Shown here: positions 21,701-31,400 of the stretch, one piece after another
How positions within the stretch are numbered: position 1 is the first letter of the stretch
Layout: each line of letters opens with the position of its first letter
NCBI GenBank assembly: GCA_002269645.1
Contig: NIVC01001010.1
Span: forward strand, 124,001 to 188,000
Source: Macrostomum lignano
Taxonomy: Eukaryota
DNA: 64,000 nucleotides
Reading direction: 5' to 3'
Notes under the pieces: model-generated
What the model was told of the DNA's origin: nothing
Database searches by the model: none
What the model saw: only the letters and a program-made list of their open reading frames with translations
Translations under genes and position numbers: made by a program

Positions 21701-23555
21701 TCCGCTGGGGCCGGCGGCGGCGCCATGCAGAGCAGCACGAAGCGGACGCCGCGGCAGCAATCCGACAGGTCGGCGCAGGCCAGCGGCCGAGCCAGCCGGC
21801 AGAGCAGCAGGCGCGGCCTCACCAGGCCCGGGTGGTGCCCGACCAGCACCAGGGCCACTTCGGCGGCGTCGGGCAGATAGAAATCGATCCGGTTGTGCTT
21901 GCTGCTGCGGAGACAGGCGCCCGCCGGCTGGGCGCGGGGCTGGGAATTCAGATTGTTGGGAATTGGGATTTGAGGGGCTGGGATTTGAATCTGAGGAATT
22001 GGGATTTGAGGGGCTGGGATTTGAATCTGAGGAATTGGGAATCTGAGGGATTTGGATCTGGGGGATTTGGATCTGAGGGATTGGGACCTGAGGGATTGGG
22101 ACCTGAGGGATTGGGACCTGAGGGATTGGGACCTGAGGGATTGGGACCTGAGGGATTGGGATCTGAGGGATTGGGACCTGAGGGATTGGGATCTGAGGGA
22201 TCGGGATCTGAGGGATTGGGATCTGAGGTACTGGGATCTGAGGGATTATGATCTGAGGGATTGGGATCTGAGGTATTATGATCTGAGGGATTGGGATCTG
22301 AGGTACTGGGATCTGAGGTACTGGGATCTGAGGGATTGGGATCTGAGGGATTGGGATCTGAGGGATTGGGATCTGAAGGATTGGCATCCGAGGGATTGGA
22401 ATCTGAGGAATGGGGATCTGGGGATTGGGATCTGAGCGATTGGGATCTAAGGGGTTGGGATCTAAGGGGTTGAAATCTAAGGGATTGGGAGCTGAGGGGT
22501 TAGGATCTGAGGGATTGGGAGTTGAGGGATTGGGATCTGAGGGATTGGAACTCGAGCAATTGGGATCTGAGGGATTAAGATCTGAGCGATTAGAATCAAT
22601 TACACTAGCACATATAGCTACTAAATGAATTATGTGACCGCACCCGTCTCTTGTAGCCGAACACCAGCTCCCGGTCGCCTACGTGATGTACCCTGCACTT
22701 CAACGCCTCGGCGATCACTGCCGAGTCCGCCTCGCCGCTGTCGTCTTCCTCGCTGGCCAGCCACTCGGTGGCCGCGTCGACAAACTCATTGAAGGTGTCG
22801 ACACCGCCGGCGTCCAGGCGGATGATGCCGAGCTCCAGCTGCCGGCGGAAATGAATGATGGAGTGGAAGGAGAGGGCGGACACGTGCGGTCTCGACCAGC
22901 GCTCGCCGCAGGCTTCCGAGCACTGTTCGTACCGGATCCACCTGGTCGTCTCCTCCCAGATCCGGACGCAGCTGCGGTACTCAAACAGCTCGACGAATGC
23001 CTGCGGGAGCCCGGGGAATTGGGATTTGAAGTAGCATCTAGCATAAAGTGACTCCTCACTTTACTGACTACTACTAGTAGACCATCGTTTCAATGACTTG
23101 TAACCAAATTAAACGATCTTCATGACTCATCACTTCAATGATCCCTTTGACTCATAGTCGCAGTTACCCAGATCATTCATCACTCAATGATCCCTTTGAC
23201 TCATAGTCGCAGTTACCTAGATCATTCATCACTCAATGATCCCTTTGACTCATAGCCGCAGATGACTCATCACTTCAATGACCCATGACTCAACACTTAA
23301 ATGATCCCTTTGACTCATAACTGCACTGACCTCCATGGCTCATACATATAACTTCACCCTAATGATCCTAATGACTGCTCACTCCAATGACTTCAACAAC
23401 ATGCTGTGACTCATTACCTCGGCGACTCCGTTTTCCTCGTCTCCACGGCGACAGCATCCGCCGTGTTCACCACCAGGCCGCTGAACATCTCGACGACAAT
23501 CCAGTTTCTCGGCCTCCGTGAGCTCCGCCGCTGCCGCAGCCGTCTCGGCAGTCAT
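3734..23555 (-). CDS. SLC4-family bicarbonate/anion transporter, spliced. Inferred exons: 23555-23418, 23000-22644, 21939-21037, 20062-19637, ~19132/19050-18242, 4021-3734 (or 4021-3738 followed by a further exon starting at 3635)
   Basis: Band-3-like cytoplasmic motifs AFVELF...WEETTRWIRYE...GERWSRPHVSALSFHS. Membrane motifs FFTCLAPAVSFGAML, GQPMMLVGVTGP, TEEIFNLF, LKKGTG, EQRVSGL, IPLAAMDGMFLCMG. GT/AG boundaries are phase-compatible, and HLAK|LDE joins across a 14.2-kb intron. The true start, the true end and the exon-5 acceptor are uncertain. Confidence 0.85.
4282..4700. repeat. 26-28-bp minisatellite (GTCCATCTGTGTCAGATGCTGTAAGT)n
   Basis: Seen directly. Confidence 0.93.
5215..5806. repeat. 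Compound low-complexity repeat: (GCCGCCTGTCTGCTT[C/T]TGT)n grading into 16-bp (CTGCAATTCTGTCTGT)n
   Basis: Seen directly; source of the Cys/Leu-rich and QTDR-rich false ORFs. Confidence 0.92.
6340..6950 (+). mobile_element. Decayed Tc1/mariner (mariner-type DDD) transposase remnant
   Basis: LLHDNASAH...HPAYSPDLAPSDFHLF...LHGHRF at 6701-6952 is the diagnostic mariner motif. Upstream fragments VEAVARTVGISAGSVDGIL (HTH-like) and FF*DCQGILLAEYL contain stops and deletions. Confidence 0.9.
7178..7293 (+). ncRNA. U5: U5 spliceosomal snRNA gene; its 3' half is also the head of the adjacent retrotransposon
   Basis: ACTCTGGTTTCTCTTCA...AAATCTTTCGCCTTTTACTAAAGATTTCCGTGGAG matches canonical U5. Invariant loop I GCCTTTTAC at 7215-7223 is closed by stem AAATCTTT(7206-13)/AAAGATTT(7225-32). 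Stem Ib GTTTCTCTTCA/TGGAGGGATAC, Sm-like site AGTTTTTG at 7264-7271, 3' hairpin CCTTTC-cta-GAAAGG. Confidence 0.93.
7512..7649 (+). CDS. 45-codon upstream ORF whose stop overlaps the ORF1 start (TGATG)
   Basis: ATG at 7512, TGA at 7647-7649, ORF1 ATG at 7649-7651. Same arrangement in copy 2 (ending at 14093). The AATCACGCCAT-ATGGCTGC start context also survives in diverged copy 4 (ATG 16122). Confidence 0.6.
   Translation: MAANRASAKKMDCRPSLEHRYRPNEAYGRQLLGLTPTAEPSTAQA
7649..10203 (+). CDS. LINE ORF1p: AlkB-like 2OG-Fe(II) dioxygenase (~8060-8585), Gly/Arg/Asp-rich linker, RRM-like region and three CCHC zinc knuckles; one frameshift near 8586
   Basis: AlkB motifs NSVLVNFY, WHSDDE (HxD, 8351-8359), ATVSFGAER, LQHQVP (H, 8522), RISLTFR (RxxxxxR, 8558-8578). 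The -1 frame is open 8416-10203 and reads ...AALPDDPTYSQP...RGRGGHQRGRRGG...PPIVFEVHRD into CQRCQEFGHRAAQC, CRICGGQHSWKEC, CANCGGSHRTTSRAC. Confidence 0.88.
10290..13067 (+). CDS. LINE ORF2p: apurinic-type endonuclease + reverse transcriptase, no RNase H; three single-base frameshifts (~10640, ~10710, ~11605-11630)
   Basis: APE motifs HLNCRG, FSET, MGDLNARH (10673), SDHLPI. RT motifs WKKAVVTMIPKP, YRPISLTSCLGKVFEK, FLDAEAAFDSTWH, GVPQGGILSP, QFADD, VKFLGV. Confidence 0.93.
13667..15618 (+). mobile_element. Array copy 2: mosaic, deleted derivative
   Basis: 13667-14627 is nearly identical to 7225-8185 (U5 head, UTR, uORF, ORF1 start). Then a 3'UTR-like patch (~14660-14765), a visibly diverged ORF1 piece (14766-15135, homologous to ~8950-9325) joined to the ORF2 end and 3' UTR, ending CGGCACCTCGTTTT-AACAAC. 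Confidence 0.88.
15619..15845 (+). mobile_element. Array copy 3: 227-bp non-coding unit (diverged U5-type head, unique middle, element 3' end)
   Basis: Starts AACGATTTCCGTGAAGAGGAAC. Ends GCGGCGGAGTTTTTCGGAACTGA...CGGCCCCTCGTTTT-AAC, homologous to the copy 1 3' terminus. Confidence 0.8.
15846..16129 (+). mobile_element. Array copy 4: diverged head and 5' UTR, truncated at the uORF start
   Basis: AAAGATTTCCGTG head, then blocks homologous to the copy 1 UTR (CCATTCCACTGTACATTT, AGTCGCCCCAC, TTTGTGTGCCTCCTGAC, AATCACGCCATATGGCTGC). Confidence 0.85.
16130..17100 (+). mobile_element. 5'-truncated, decayed non-LTR retrotransposon of a different family (RT C-terminal part + RNase H remnant)
   Basis: LDAVTEWCASRKLALNPTKS, PRLLGLTYDRLLTF, SIMLYA, LQRSQNAALRIITG (late RT). 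IYCDGSATEGTTNGG is an RNase H-like start. Frameshifted. Confidence 0.8.
17100..17905 (+). mobile_element. Gypsy-type LTR retrotransposon remnants (gag-like piece ~17100-17340; integrase C-terminal piece ~17560-17905)
   Basis: IPSSMLYGHPTR...IGSTVVLQDPTTK...GVVVEV...SGRILRR resembles the Gypsy integrase tail. NIIVERNRF is gag-like. No LTRs recognised. Confidence 0.6.
19190..19530. repeat. (TCTCC)n microsatellite in an SLC4 intron
   Basis: Seen directly. Confidence 0.93.
20103..20955. repeat. 20-bp minisatellite (GATAGAGTGACATTGATACC / ...GATGTC)n filling an SLC4 intron
   Basis: Seen directly; variants are arranged in a gradient along the array. Confidence 0.96.
21955..22560. repeat. 15-bp minisatellite (GAGGGATTGGGATCT)n filling an SLC4 intron
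   Basis: Seen directly. Confidence 0.93.
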
Positions 23556-23759
23556 GTCGGGCCGCTGTGAGCAGTTGTTCTTGTCGGTCACGCAGATCGG
23601 CCTTCTTCTTTGTTTGTTCGGCCTGATTTTTGCTGCTTCCGTTGGATGGCCTCTCGATGCCGGATTCGCGGATGACGGCGCTTAAAGCTGGCGGTGATTC
23701 CAAATATGGGACAGAAATGAGAGGCGGTTAAAAGTGCTCCGCATTTGAAAGCTCCACTA

Positions 23760-24560
23760 CCAGCTCCCCTAAAGCTACCCCAACAGCTCCCCATAAAGCT
23801 ACCCCAACAGCTCCCCATAAAGCTACCCCAACAGCTCCCCATAAAGCTACCCCAACAGCTCCCCTAAAGCTACCCCAACAGCTCCCCATAAAGCTACCCC
23901 AACAGCTCCCCATAAAGCTACCCCAACAGCTCCCCATAAAGCTACCCCAACAGCTCCCCATAAAGCTACCCCAACAGCTCCCCTTAAAGCTACCCCAACA
24001 GCTCCCCATAAAGCTACCCCAACAGCTCCCCATAAAGCTACCCCAACAGCTCCCCATAAAGCTACCCCAACAGCTCCCCATAAAGCTACCCCAACGGCTC
24101 CCCATAAAGCTACCCCAACAGCTCCCCTTAAAGCTACCCCAACGGCTCCCCATAAAGCTACCCCAGCAACTCCCCTTAAAGCTACCCCAGCAACTCCCCT
24201 TAAAGCTACCCCAGCAACTCCCCTTAAAGCTACCCCAGCAACTCCCCTTTAAGCTACCCCAACGGCTCCCCTTAAAGCTACCCCAACGGCTCCCCTTAAA
24301 GCTACCCCAACGGCTCCCCTTAAAGCTACCCCAACGGCTCCCCATAAAGCTACCCCAACGGCTCCCCATAAAGCTACCCCAACGGCTCCCCATAAAGCTA
24401 CCCCAACGGCTCCCCTTAAAGCTACCCCAGCAACTCCCCTTAAAGCTACCCCAGCAACTCCCCTTAAAGCTACCCCAGCAACTCCCCTTAAAGCTACCCC
24501 AGCAACTCCCCTTAAAGCTACCCCAGCAACTCCCCTTTAAGCTACCCCAACGGCTCCCCT
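23760..24560. repeat. ~24-bp minisatellite (AAAGCTACCCCAACAGCTCCCCAT)n; one more unit at ~24950
   Basis: Seen directly. Confidence 0.94.
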
Positions 24561-24834
24561 TAGGGGCCGGATAGAGAACCTGACTACATGAATGCAGGCC
24601 AGAGGAGGGGAGAGAAAAGAGGAAAGAAGACAGAAGAGAGAAAGGAGAAAGAAGAGGTGAGGAAATTAAGGAAATGAGAAGAGACGAGGAGAGGAGAGAG
24701 GAGAGAAGAGAAAAGCGAGGAGGAGAAGGAGAGGAGAGAAGAGAGAAGAGAGAGGAGAAGATAAAGGAGAAGGGAGCTGAGAAGAGACTTAAACATTGAG
24801 CGGGCCGGATTACTATTGTGGAGTTTCAAAGGAC

Positions 24835-24947
24835 CCGAGGGCCGGATAGAGAGGCTTTGCGGGCCGCATGTGGCCTGAGGCCCGAAGCATAGAATTCTAT
24901 ATAATTATTATCTAGAATTCTATAGCCGAAGTTTGCCTACCCCTACC
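24835..24947. mobile_element. Possible hAT-type MITE end
   Basis: GCGGGCCGCATGTGGCC...AGTTTGCCTACCCCT resembles hAT subterminal/terminal sequences. The partner TIR was not found. Confidence 0.35.
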
Positions 24948-25549
24948 TAAAAGCTACCCCAACAGCTCCCCTAACACTGCCCTGTAACTAACCGACTGTT
25001 CTAGTCCATATCAATTTTTCTAACTCACAGGCGGTCAAACGTCTGTTGATGCAGACTTCAGCCGCAGGCGAAGCAGCAGGAGTAGCTCGGTTATCGTCCT
25101 TAGTTGCTGTCTCCAAATCCAGCGGTTCAGTGGGCGCAGCTCTGCGATATTAATTAGACAGAAGAGATTAGAACTGGCTACATGCACTCGCTCAAATAAA
25201 CACAATAAGCAGCATACACCAATCCAAAGTGTACAGACAGCAGCGTTGGAGTTCATATGAAATTCCTGTGCCTTACATGTACCGGTATATTAATAGAAAA
25301 TGGATAACTATAGATACATGTATATACTTAGTATGAAGTAAATATGTGCTGACAATGTAGCTGCTCTAGTTTGTTCTAGGCAAATTCCAAACCCCAATGC
25401 ATCAGGGCATCAACAAATTGATCATGCACTCTCCAGATGGTACTGTTCACAGTTGCCATTGCTCTTAATCGATGCTTTCCACTCTAAGTGGTTTTAATCT
25501 AGCTCGTTTAATAAATACTGCTTGCCGAGCCCTGCCACCTCAATTAGCT

Positions 25550-26025
25550 GGGACCCACCCCAATTGACTGAGCCCCAACACCCCATTTGACTGAGCCCCA
25601 ACACCCTAATTGACTGAGCCCCAACACCCCATTTGACTGAGCCCTAACACCCTAATTGACTGAGCCCCAACACCCTAATTGACTGAGCCTCAACACCCCA
25701 TTTGACTGAGCCCCAACACCCCATTTGACTGAGCCTCAACACCCCAATTGACTGAGCCCCAACACCCAAATTGACTGAGCCCCAACACCCTAATTGACTG
25801 AGCCCCAACACCCCATTTGACTGAGCCCCAACACCCTAATTGACTGAGCCTCAACACCCCAATTGACTGAGCCTCAACACCCCATTTGACTGAGCCCCAA
25901 CACCCTAATTGACTGAGCCTCAACACCCCATTTGACTGAGCCCCCCACCCAAATTGACTGAGCCCCAACACCCCATTTGACTGAGCCCCCACCCAAATTG
26001 ACTGAGCCCCAACACCCCAATTGAC
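25550..26025. repeat. ~24-bp minisatellite (TTGACTGAGCCCCAACACCCCAT)n
   Basis: Seen directly. Confidence 0.92.
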
Positions 26026-27054
26026 TGGCAAATGTGCATACAATGCCCCATCATCTTTAACAAAATGGCAATTTCTACTAAGATTTTAATTCCTATTGTT
26101 GCATAAAAATATTTTGTTACAGAATATAAATTTTTAGTACAAATTTATTTAGACTTAGAGTCATCTAGAGTTAGTAGTAGAATACTAAAAAAGGTCTTAA
26201 TTTGTTAGTATATTTATGTTAAACTATAAGAGCAATGAGTAAATTTTCTTTAAAAAGTAATTTGATTTTTATAACTAAAAAAGTTGTGAATACTGGACAG
26301 TGTATGTAAACCCAGTCTGCTACTTTATCAAATCAAAAATATCGATTGCGTATTTGCTGACCAATATTCTTTCTTAGGTGTAAACAAACAAAGGTTTGTT
26401 GGTAAAATTAAAAAAACAGGTTATATTCAAAAAATTTAATCTTTATCAGTGTAATCTGTCACGTGTAGTTCAACTCGGACCCATTGCACCTTTTCTTCGA
26501 AATCACGGATTACAAAAATGTGCAAAGACGAAAGTAAGTTACGAACTATCAAAATCATGCAACTCGGAAAATTATTCTACATTGAAGTACTCTAGAGAAT
26601 CATAAAAATTGGATACGTATCAGGGACATTCCTGCAACCAAAAAAGGTACGTATCGGAGACGTCCAACTTTCTATTGGATACGTAATTTTGCTGCTCAGG
26701 ATTGAGACTTGCAACGATACTTAAAAAACTGGCGCGGATCCAGAAAATTTTTGAGGGGGGGGCAAGCTTTACTAATCACTATCAACCCAATTTTGGAAAA
26801 TACACCTGGCATAGTTGCAGGCCAAAAAAGTATGGCCAAATTTTTTATGGCCAAGCTATCTGAGTGTTCGATCATCTCAACGACCAAACTTATAGCTTGT
26901 CAGTTCAAAAAACACAGGAAAAACAAGCTTTATTCTGAAGTTAGGGAAATTTTATTAATTCTGTACAGATAAACTTCTGCAAGCCTCTGGCTCCGATGCG
27001 AAAGCGATTCGATTGAACATTGAAAGAAATTTTCTCAGTCTGTGGCGTGTCTGT

Positions 27055-28400
27055 CGAGGGAGTCACTGACTTGAGTGTCAGGGGGAGTCACTGATTTGGG
27101 TGTCAGGGGGAGTCACTGATTTGGGTGTCAGAGGGAGTCACTGATTTGGGTGTCAGGGGGAGTCACTGATTTGGGTGTCAGGGGGAGTCACTGATTTGGG
27201 TGTCAGGGGGAGTCACTGATTTGGGTGTCAGGGGGAGTCACTGATTTGGGTGTCAGGGGGAGTCACTGAGTTGGGTGTCAGGGGGAGTCACTGATTTGGG
27301 TGTCAGAGGGAGTCACTGATTTGGGCGTCAGGGGGGGGAGTCACTGAGTTGGGTGTCAGGGGGGAGTCACTGATTTGGGTGTCAGGGGGGAGTCACTGAT
27401 TTGGGTGTCACGGGGGAGTCACTCAGTTGGGTGTCAGGGGGGAGTCACTGATTTGGGTGTCAGGGGGGAGTCACTGATTTGGGTGTCAGGGGGGGAGTCA
27501 CTGAGTTGGGTGTCAGGGGGGAGTCACTGATTTGGGTGTCAGGGGGGAGTCACTGAGTTGGGTGTCAGGGGGGAGTCACTGATTTGGGTGTCAGGGGGGA
27601 GTCACTGATTTGGGTGTCACGGGGGAGTCACTGATTTGGGTGTCACGGGGGAGTCACTGATTTGGGTGTCACGGGGGAGTCACTGATTTGGGTGTCAGGG
27701 GGGAGTCACTGATTTGGGTGTCACGGGGGAGTCACTCAGTTGGGTGTCAGGGGGGAGTCACTGATTTGGGTGTCAGGGGGGAGTCACTGAGTTGGGTGTC
27801 AGGGGGAGTCACTGATTTGGGTGTCAGGGGGGAGTCACTGAGTTGGGTGTCAGGGGGAGTCACTGATTTGGGTGTCAGGGGGGAGTCACTGAGTTGGGTG
27901 TCAGGGGGAGTCACTGATTTGGGTGTCAGGGGGAGTCACTGATTTGGGTGTCAGGGGGGAGTCACTGATTTGGGTGTCAGGGGGAGTCACTGATTTGGGT
28001 GTCAGGGGGGAGTCACTGATTTGGGTGTCAGGGGGGGGAGTCACTGAGTTGGGTGTCAGGGGGGAGTCACTGATTTGGGTGTCACGGGGGAGTCACTGAT
28101 TTGGGTGTCAGGGGGGGGGGAGTCACTGAGTTGGGTGTCAGGGGGGAGTCACTGATTTGGGTGTCAGGGGGGAGTCACTGATTTGGGTGTCACGGGGGAG
28201 TCACTCAGTTGGGTGTCAGGGGGGAGTCACTGATTTGGGTGTCAGGGGGGAGTCACTGAGTTGGGTGTCAGGGGGAGTCACTGATTTGGGTGTCAGGGGG
28301 GAGTCACTGAGTTGGGTGTCAGGGGGAGTCACTGATTTGGGTGTCAGGGGGGAGTCACTGATTTGGGTGTCAGGGGGGAGTCACTGATTTGGGTGTCAGT
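27055..28400. repeat. 24-26-bp minisatellite (GGGGGAGTCACTGATTTGGGTGTCA)n; short duplicate at 30394-30545
   Basis: Seen directly. Confidence 0.95.
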
Positions 28401-28488
28401 CGCATCGAATATTCGTAAATGACTCATTAGTTAATCTCCGAGTCCAGGTCAACAAATGCGCGGAAGCAAAGCTCCGATCTTCTGCCAG

Positions 28489-31400
28489 TCACCACCTGGT
28501 GAACTCGTCACCGTGCAGCAGCTCGTGGCTTCTTCTGTAGGTCAGCATCCTCTCCTCCATCGGCGCGGATCGACCGCCGCCTCCGCCATTAGAAACGACT
28601 GGTCTGCCCCCGCTGCCGCCGCCGCTGCCGCCGCCGCTGCCGCCTCCGCCAGCCAGCAGGCGACTCCGAGCGTAGCTGTCGAACAGGCTGGCCGGCACCA
28701 GGCGTGTCTCCGAGTCGCCGGCGCCGCCGACTTTCACCATCCGGGACACCAGCTGGAGCCAGCGGCGCCGGATCCGGTGTGCCCGGTAGGACCGCTGAAT
28801 CTTCACGGCAGCGGCCTCCAGCTCGTGGGTTCGGCGGCGGCCGGCCTTCTGCAGTGGTCAGAGGGCGGGAGGGTGTCTTTATGGGGGTGTCTTTATGGGG
28901 GTGTCTTTTTGGGGGTGTCTATATGGGGGTGTCTTTATGGGGTGTCTTTATGGGGGTGTCTTTTTGGGGGTGTCTTTATGGGGTGTCTTTATGGGGTGTC
29001 TTTTTGGGGGTGTCTTTATGGGGTGTCTTTATGGGGTGTCTTTATGGGGTGTCTTTTTGGGGGTGTCTTTTTGGGGGTGTCTTTATGGGGATGTCTTTAT
29101 GGGGGTGTCTCTTTGGGGGTGTCTTTTTGGGGGTGTCTTTATGGGGCTATCTTTATGGGGTGTCTTTATGGGGGTGTCTTCATCGAGGTGTCTTTATGGG
29201 GGTGTCTTTATGGGGGTGTCTTTTAGGGGTTGTCTATATGGGGGTGTCTTTATGGGGTGTCTTTATGGGGGTGTCTTTTTGGGGGTGTCTTTATGGGGTG
29301 TCTTTATGGGGTGTCTTTTTGGGGGTGTCTTTATGGGGTGTCTTTATGGGGTGTCTTTATGGGGTGTCTTTTTGGGGGTGTCTTTTTGGGGGTGTCTTTA
29401 TGGGGATGTCTTTATGGGGGTGTCTCTTTGGGGGTGTCTTTTTGGGGGTGTCTTTATGGGGCTGTCTTTATGGGGTGTCTTTATGGGGGTGTCTTCATCG
29501 AGGTGTCTTTATGGGGGTGTCTTTATGGGGGTGTCTTTATGGGGGTGTCTTTATGGGGGTGTCTCTATGGGGTGTCTCTTTGGGGGTGTCTTTTTGGGGG
29601 TGTCTTTATGGGGTGTCTTTTTGGGGGTGTCTTTATGGGGGTGTCTTCATCGGGGTGTCTTTATGGGGTGTCTTTATCGGGGGTGTCTGGGGTGTCTTTA
29701 TGGGGGTGTCTTTATGGGGGTGTCTTTATGGGGGTGTCTTTATGGGGGTGTCTTTATGGGGGTGTCTTTATGGGGGTGTCTTTATGGGGGTGTCTTTATG
29801 GGGGTGTCTATATGGGGGTGTCTTTATAGGGTGTCTTTTTGGGGGTGTCTTTATGGGGCTGTCTTTATGGGGTGTCTTTATGGGGGTGTCTTCATCGGGG
29901 TGTCTTTTTGGGGGTGTCTTTATGGGGCTGTCTTTATGGGGTGTCTTTATGGGGGTGTCTTCATCGGGGTGTCTTTATGGGGGTGTCTTCATGGGGGTGT
30001 CTTTATGGGGGTGTCTTCATGGGGGTGTCTTTATCGGGGGTGTCTGGGGGTGTCTTTATGGGGGTGTCTTTATGGGGGTGTCTTTATGGGGGTGTCTTTA
30101 TGGGGGTGTCTTTATGGGGGTGTCTTTATGGGGGTGTCTTTATGGGGGTGTCTTTATGGGGGTGTCTTTATGGGAGTGTCTTTTTTGTTATGTCCTGATG
30201 GGGTTTCTTTATTTGGGTATTTCTATGAAAAAAAGTCGCTTGGCTGCAGGGCACTCTGGCGCAACGCCTTCGGCGGCATCGTCCCACAACCAGCGCTGAC
30301 GGCGGTTCTGCCCGTTCCGCTGACCCCTGAGCACACTGCACAAGCGCGCAAATACTGTACGCAGGCACAGCACTCACACACGCTCACACAGGGTCACTGA
30401 TTTGGGTGTCAGGGGGGAGTCACTGATTTGGGTGTCAGGGGGGGGGAGTCACTGAGTTGGGTGTCAGGGGGAGTCACTGATTTGGGTGTCAGGGGGGAGT
30501 CACTGATTTGGGTGTCAGGGGGGAGTCACTGATTTGGGTGTCAGTCGCATCGAATATTCGTAAATGACTCATTAGTTAATCTCCGAGTCCAGGTCAACAA
30601 ATGCGCGGAAGCAAAGCTCCGATCTTCTGCCAGTCACCACCTGGTGAACTCGTCACCGTGCAGCAGCTCGTGGCTTCTTCTGTAGGTCAGCATCCTCTCC
30701 TCCATCGGCGCGGATCGACCGCCGCCTCCGCCATTAGAAACGACTGGTCTGCCCCCGCTGCCGCCGCCGCTGCCGCCGCCGCTGCCGCCTCCGCCAGCCA
30801 GCAGGCGACTCCGAGCGTAGCTGTCGAACAGGCTGGCCGGCACCAGGCGTGTCTCCGAGTCGCCGGCGCCGCCGACTTTCACCATCCGGGACACCAGCTG
30901 GAGCCAGCGGCGCCGGATCCGGTGTGCCCGGTAGGACCGCTGAATCTTCACGGCAGCGGCCTCCAGCTCGTGGGTTCGGCGGCGGCCGGCCTTCTGCAGT
31001 GGTCAGAGGGCGGGAGGGTGTCTTTATGGGGGTGTCTTTATGGGGGTGTCTTTTTGGGGTGTCTATATGGGGGTGTCTTTATGGGGTGTCTTTATGGGGG
31101 TGTCTTTTTGGGGGTGTCTTTATGGGGTGTCTTTATGGGGTGTCTTTTTGGGGGTGTCTTTATGGGGTGTCTTTATGGGGTGTCTTTATGGGGTGTCTTT
31201 TTGGGGGTGTCTTTTTGGGGGTGTCTTTATGGGGATGTCTTTATGGGGGTGTCTCTTTGGGGGTGTCTTTTTGGGGGTGTCTTTATGGGGCTATCTTTAT
31301 GGGGTGTCTTTATGGGGGTGTCTTCATCGAGGTGTCTTTATGGGGGTGTCTTTATGGGGGTGTCTTTTAGGGGTTGTCTATATGGGGGTGTCTTTATGGG

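Noticed and set aside
26600-26900. Possible MITE or DNA transposon fragments (also 4760-5060)
   Set aside because: The composition is suggestive, but no terminal inverted repeat pair or TSD could be found.
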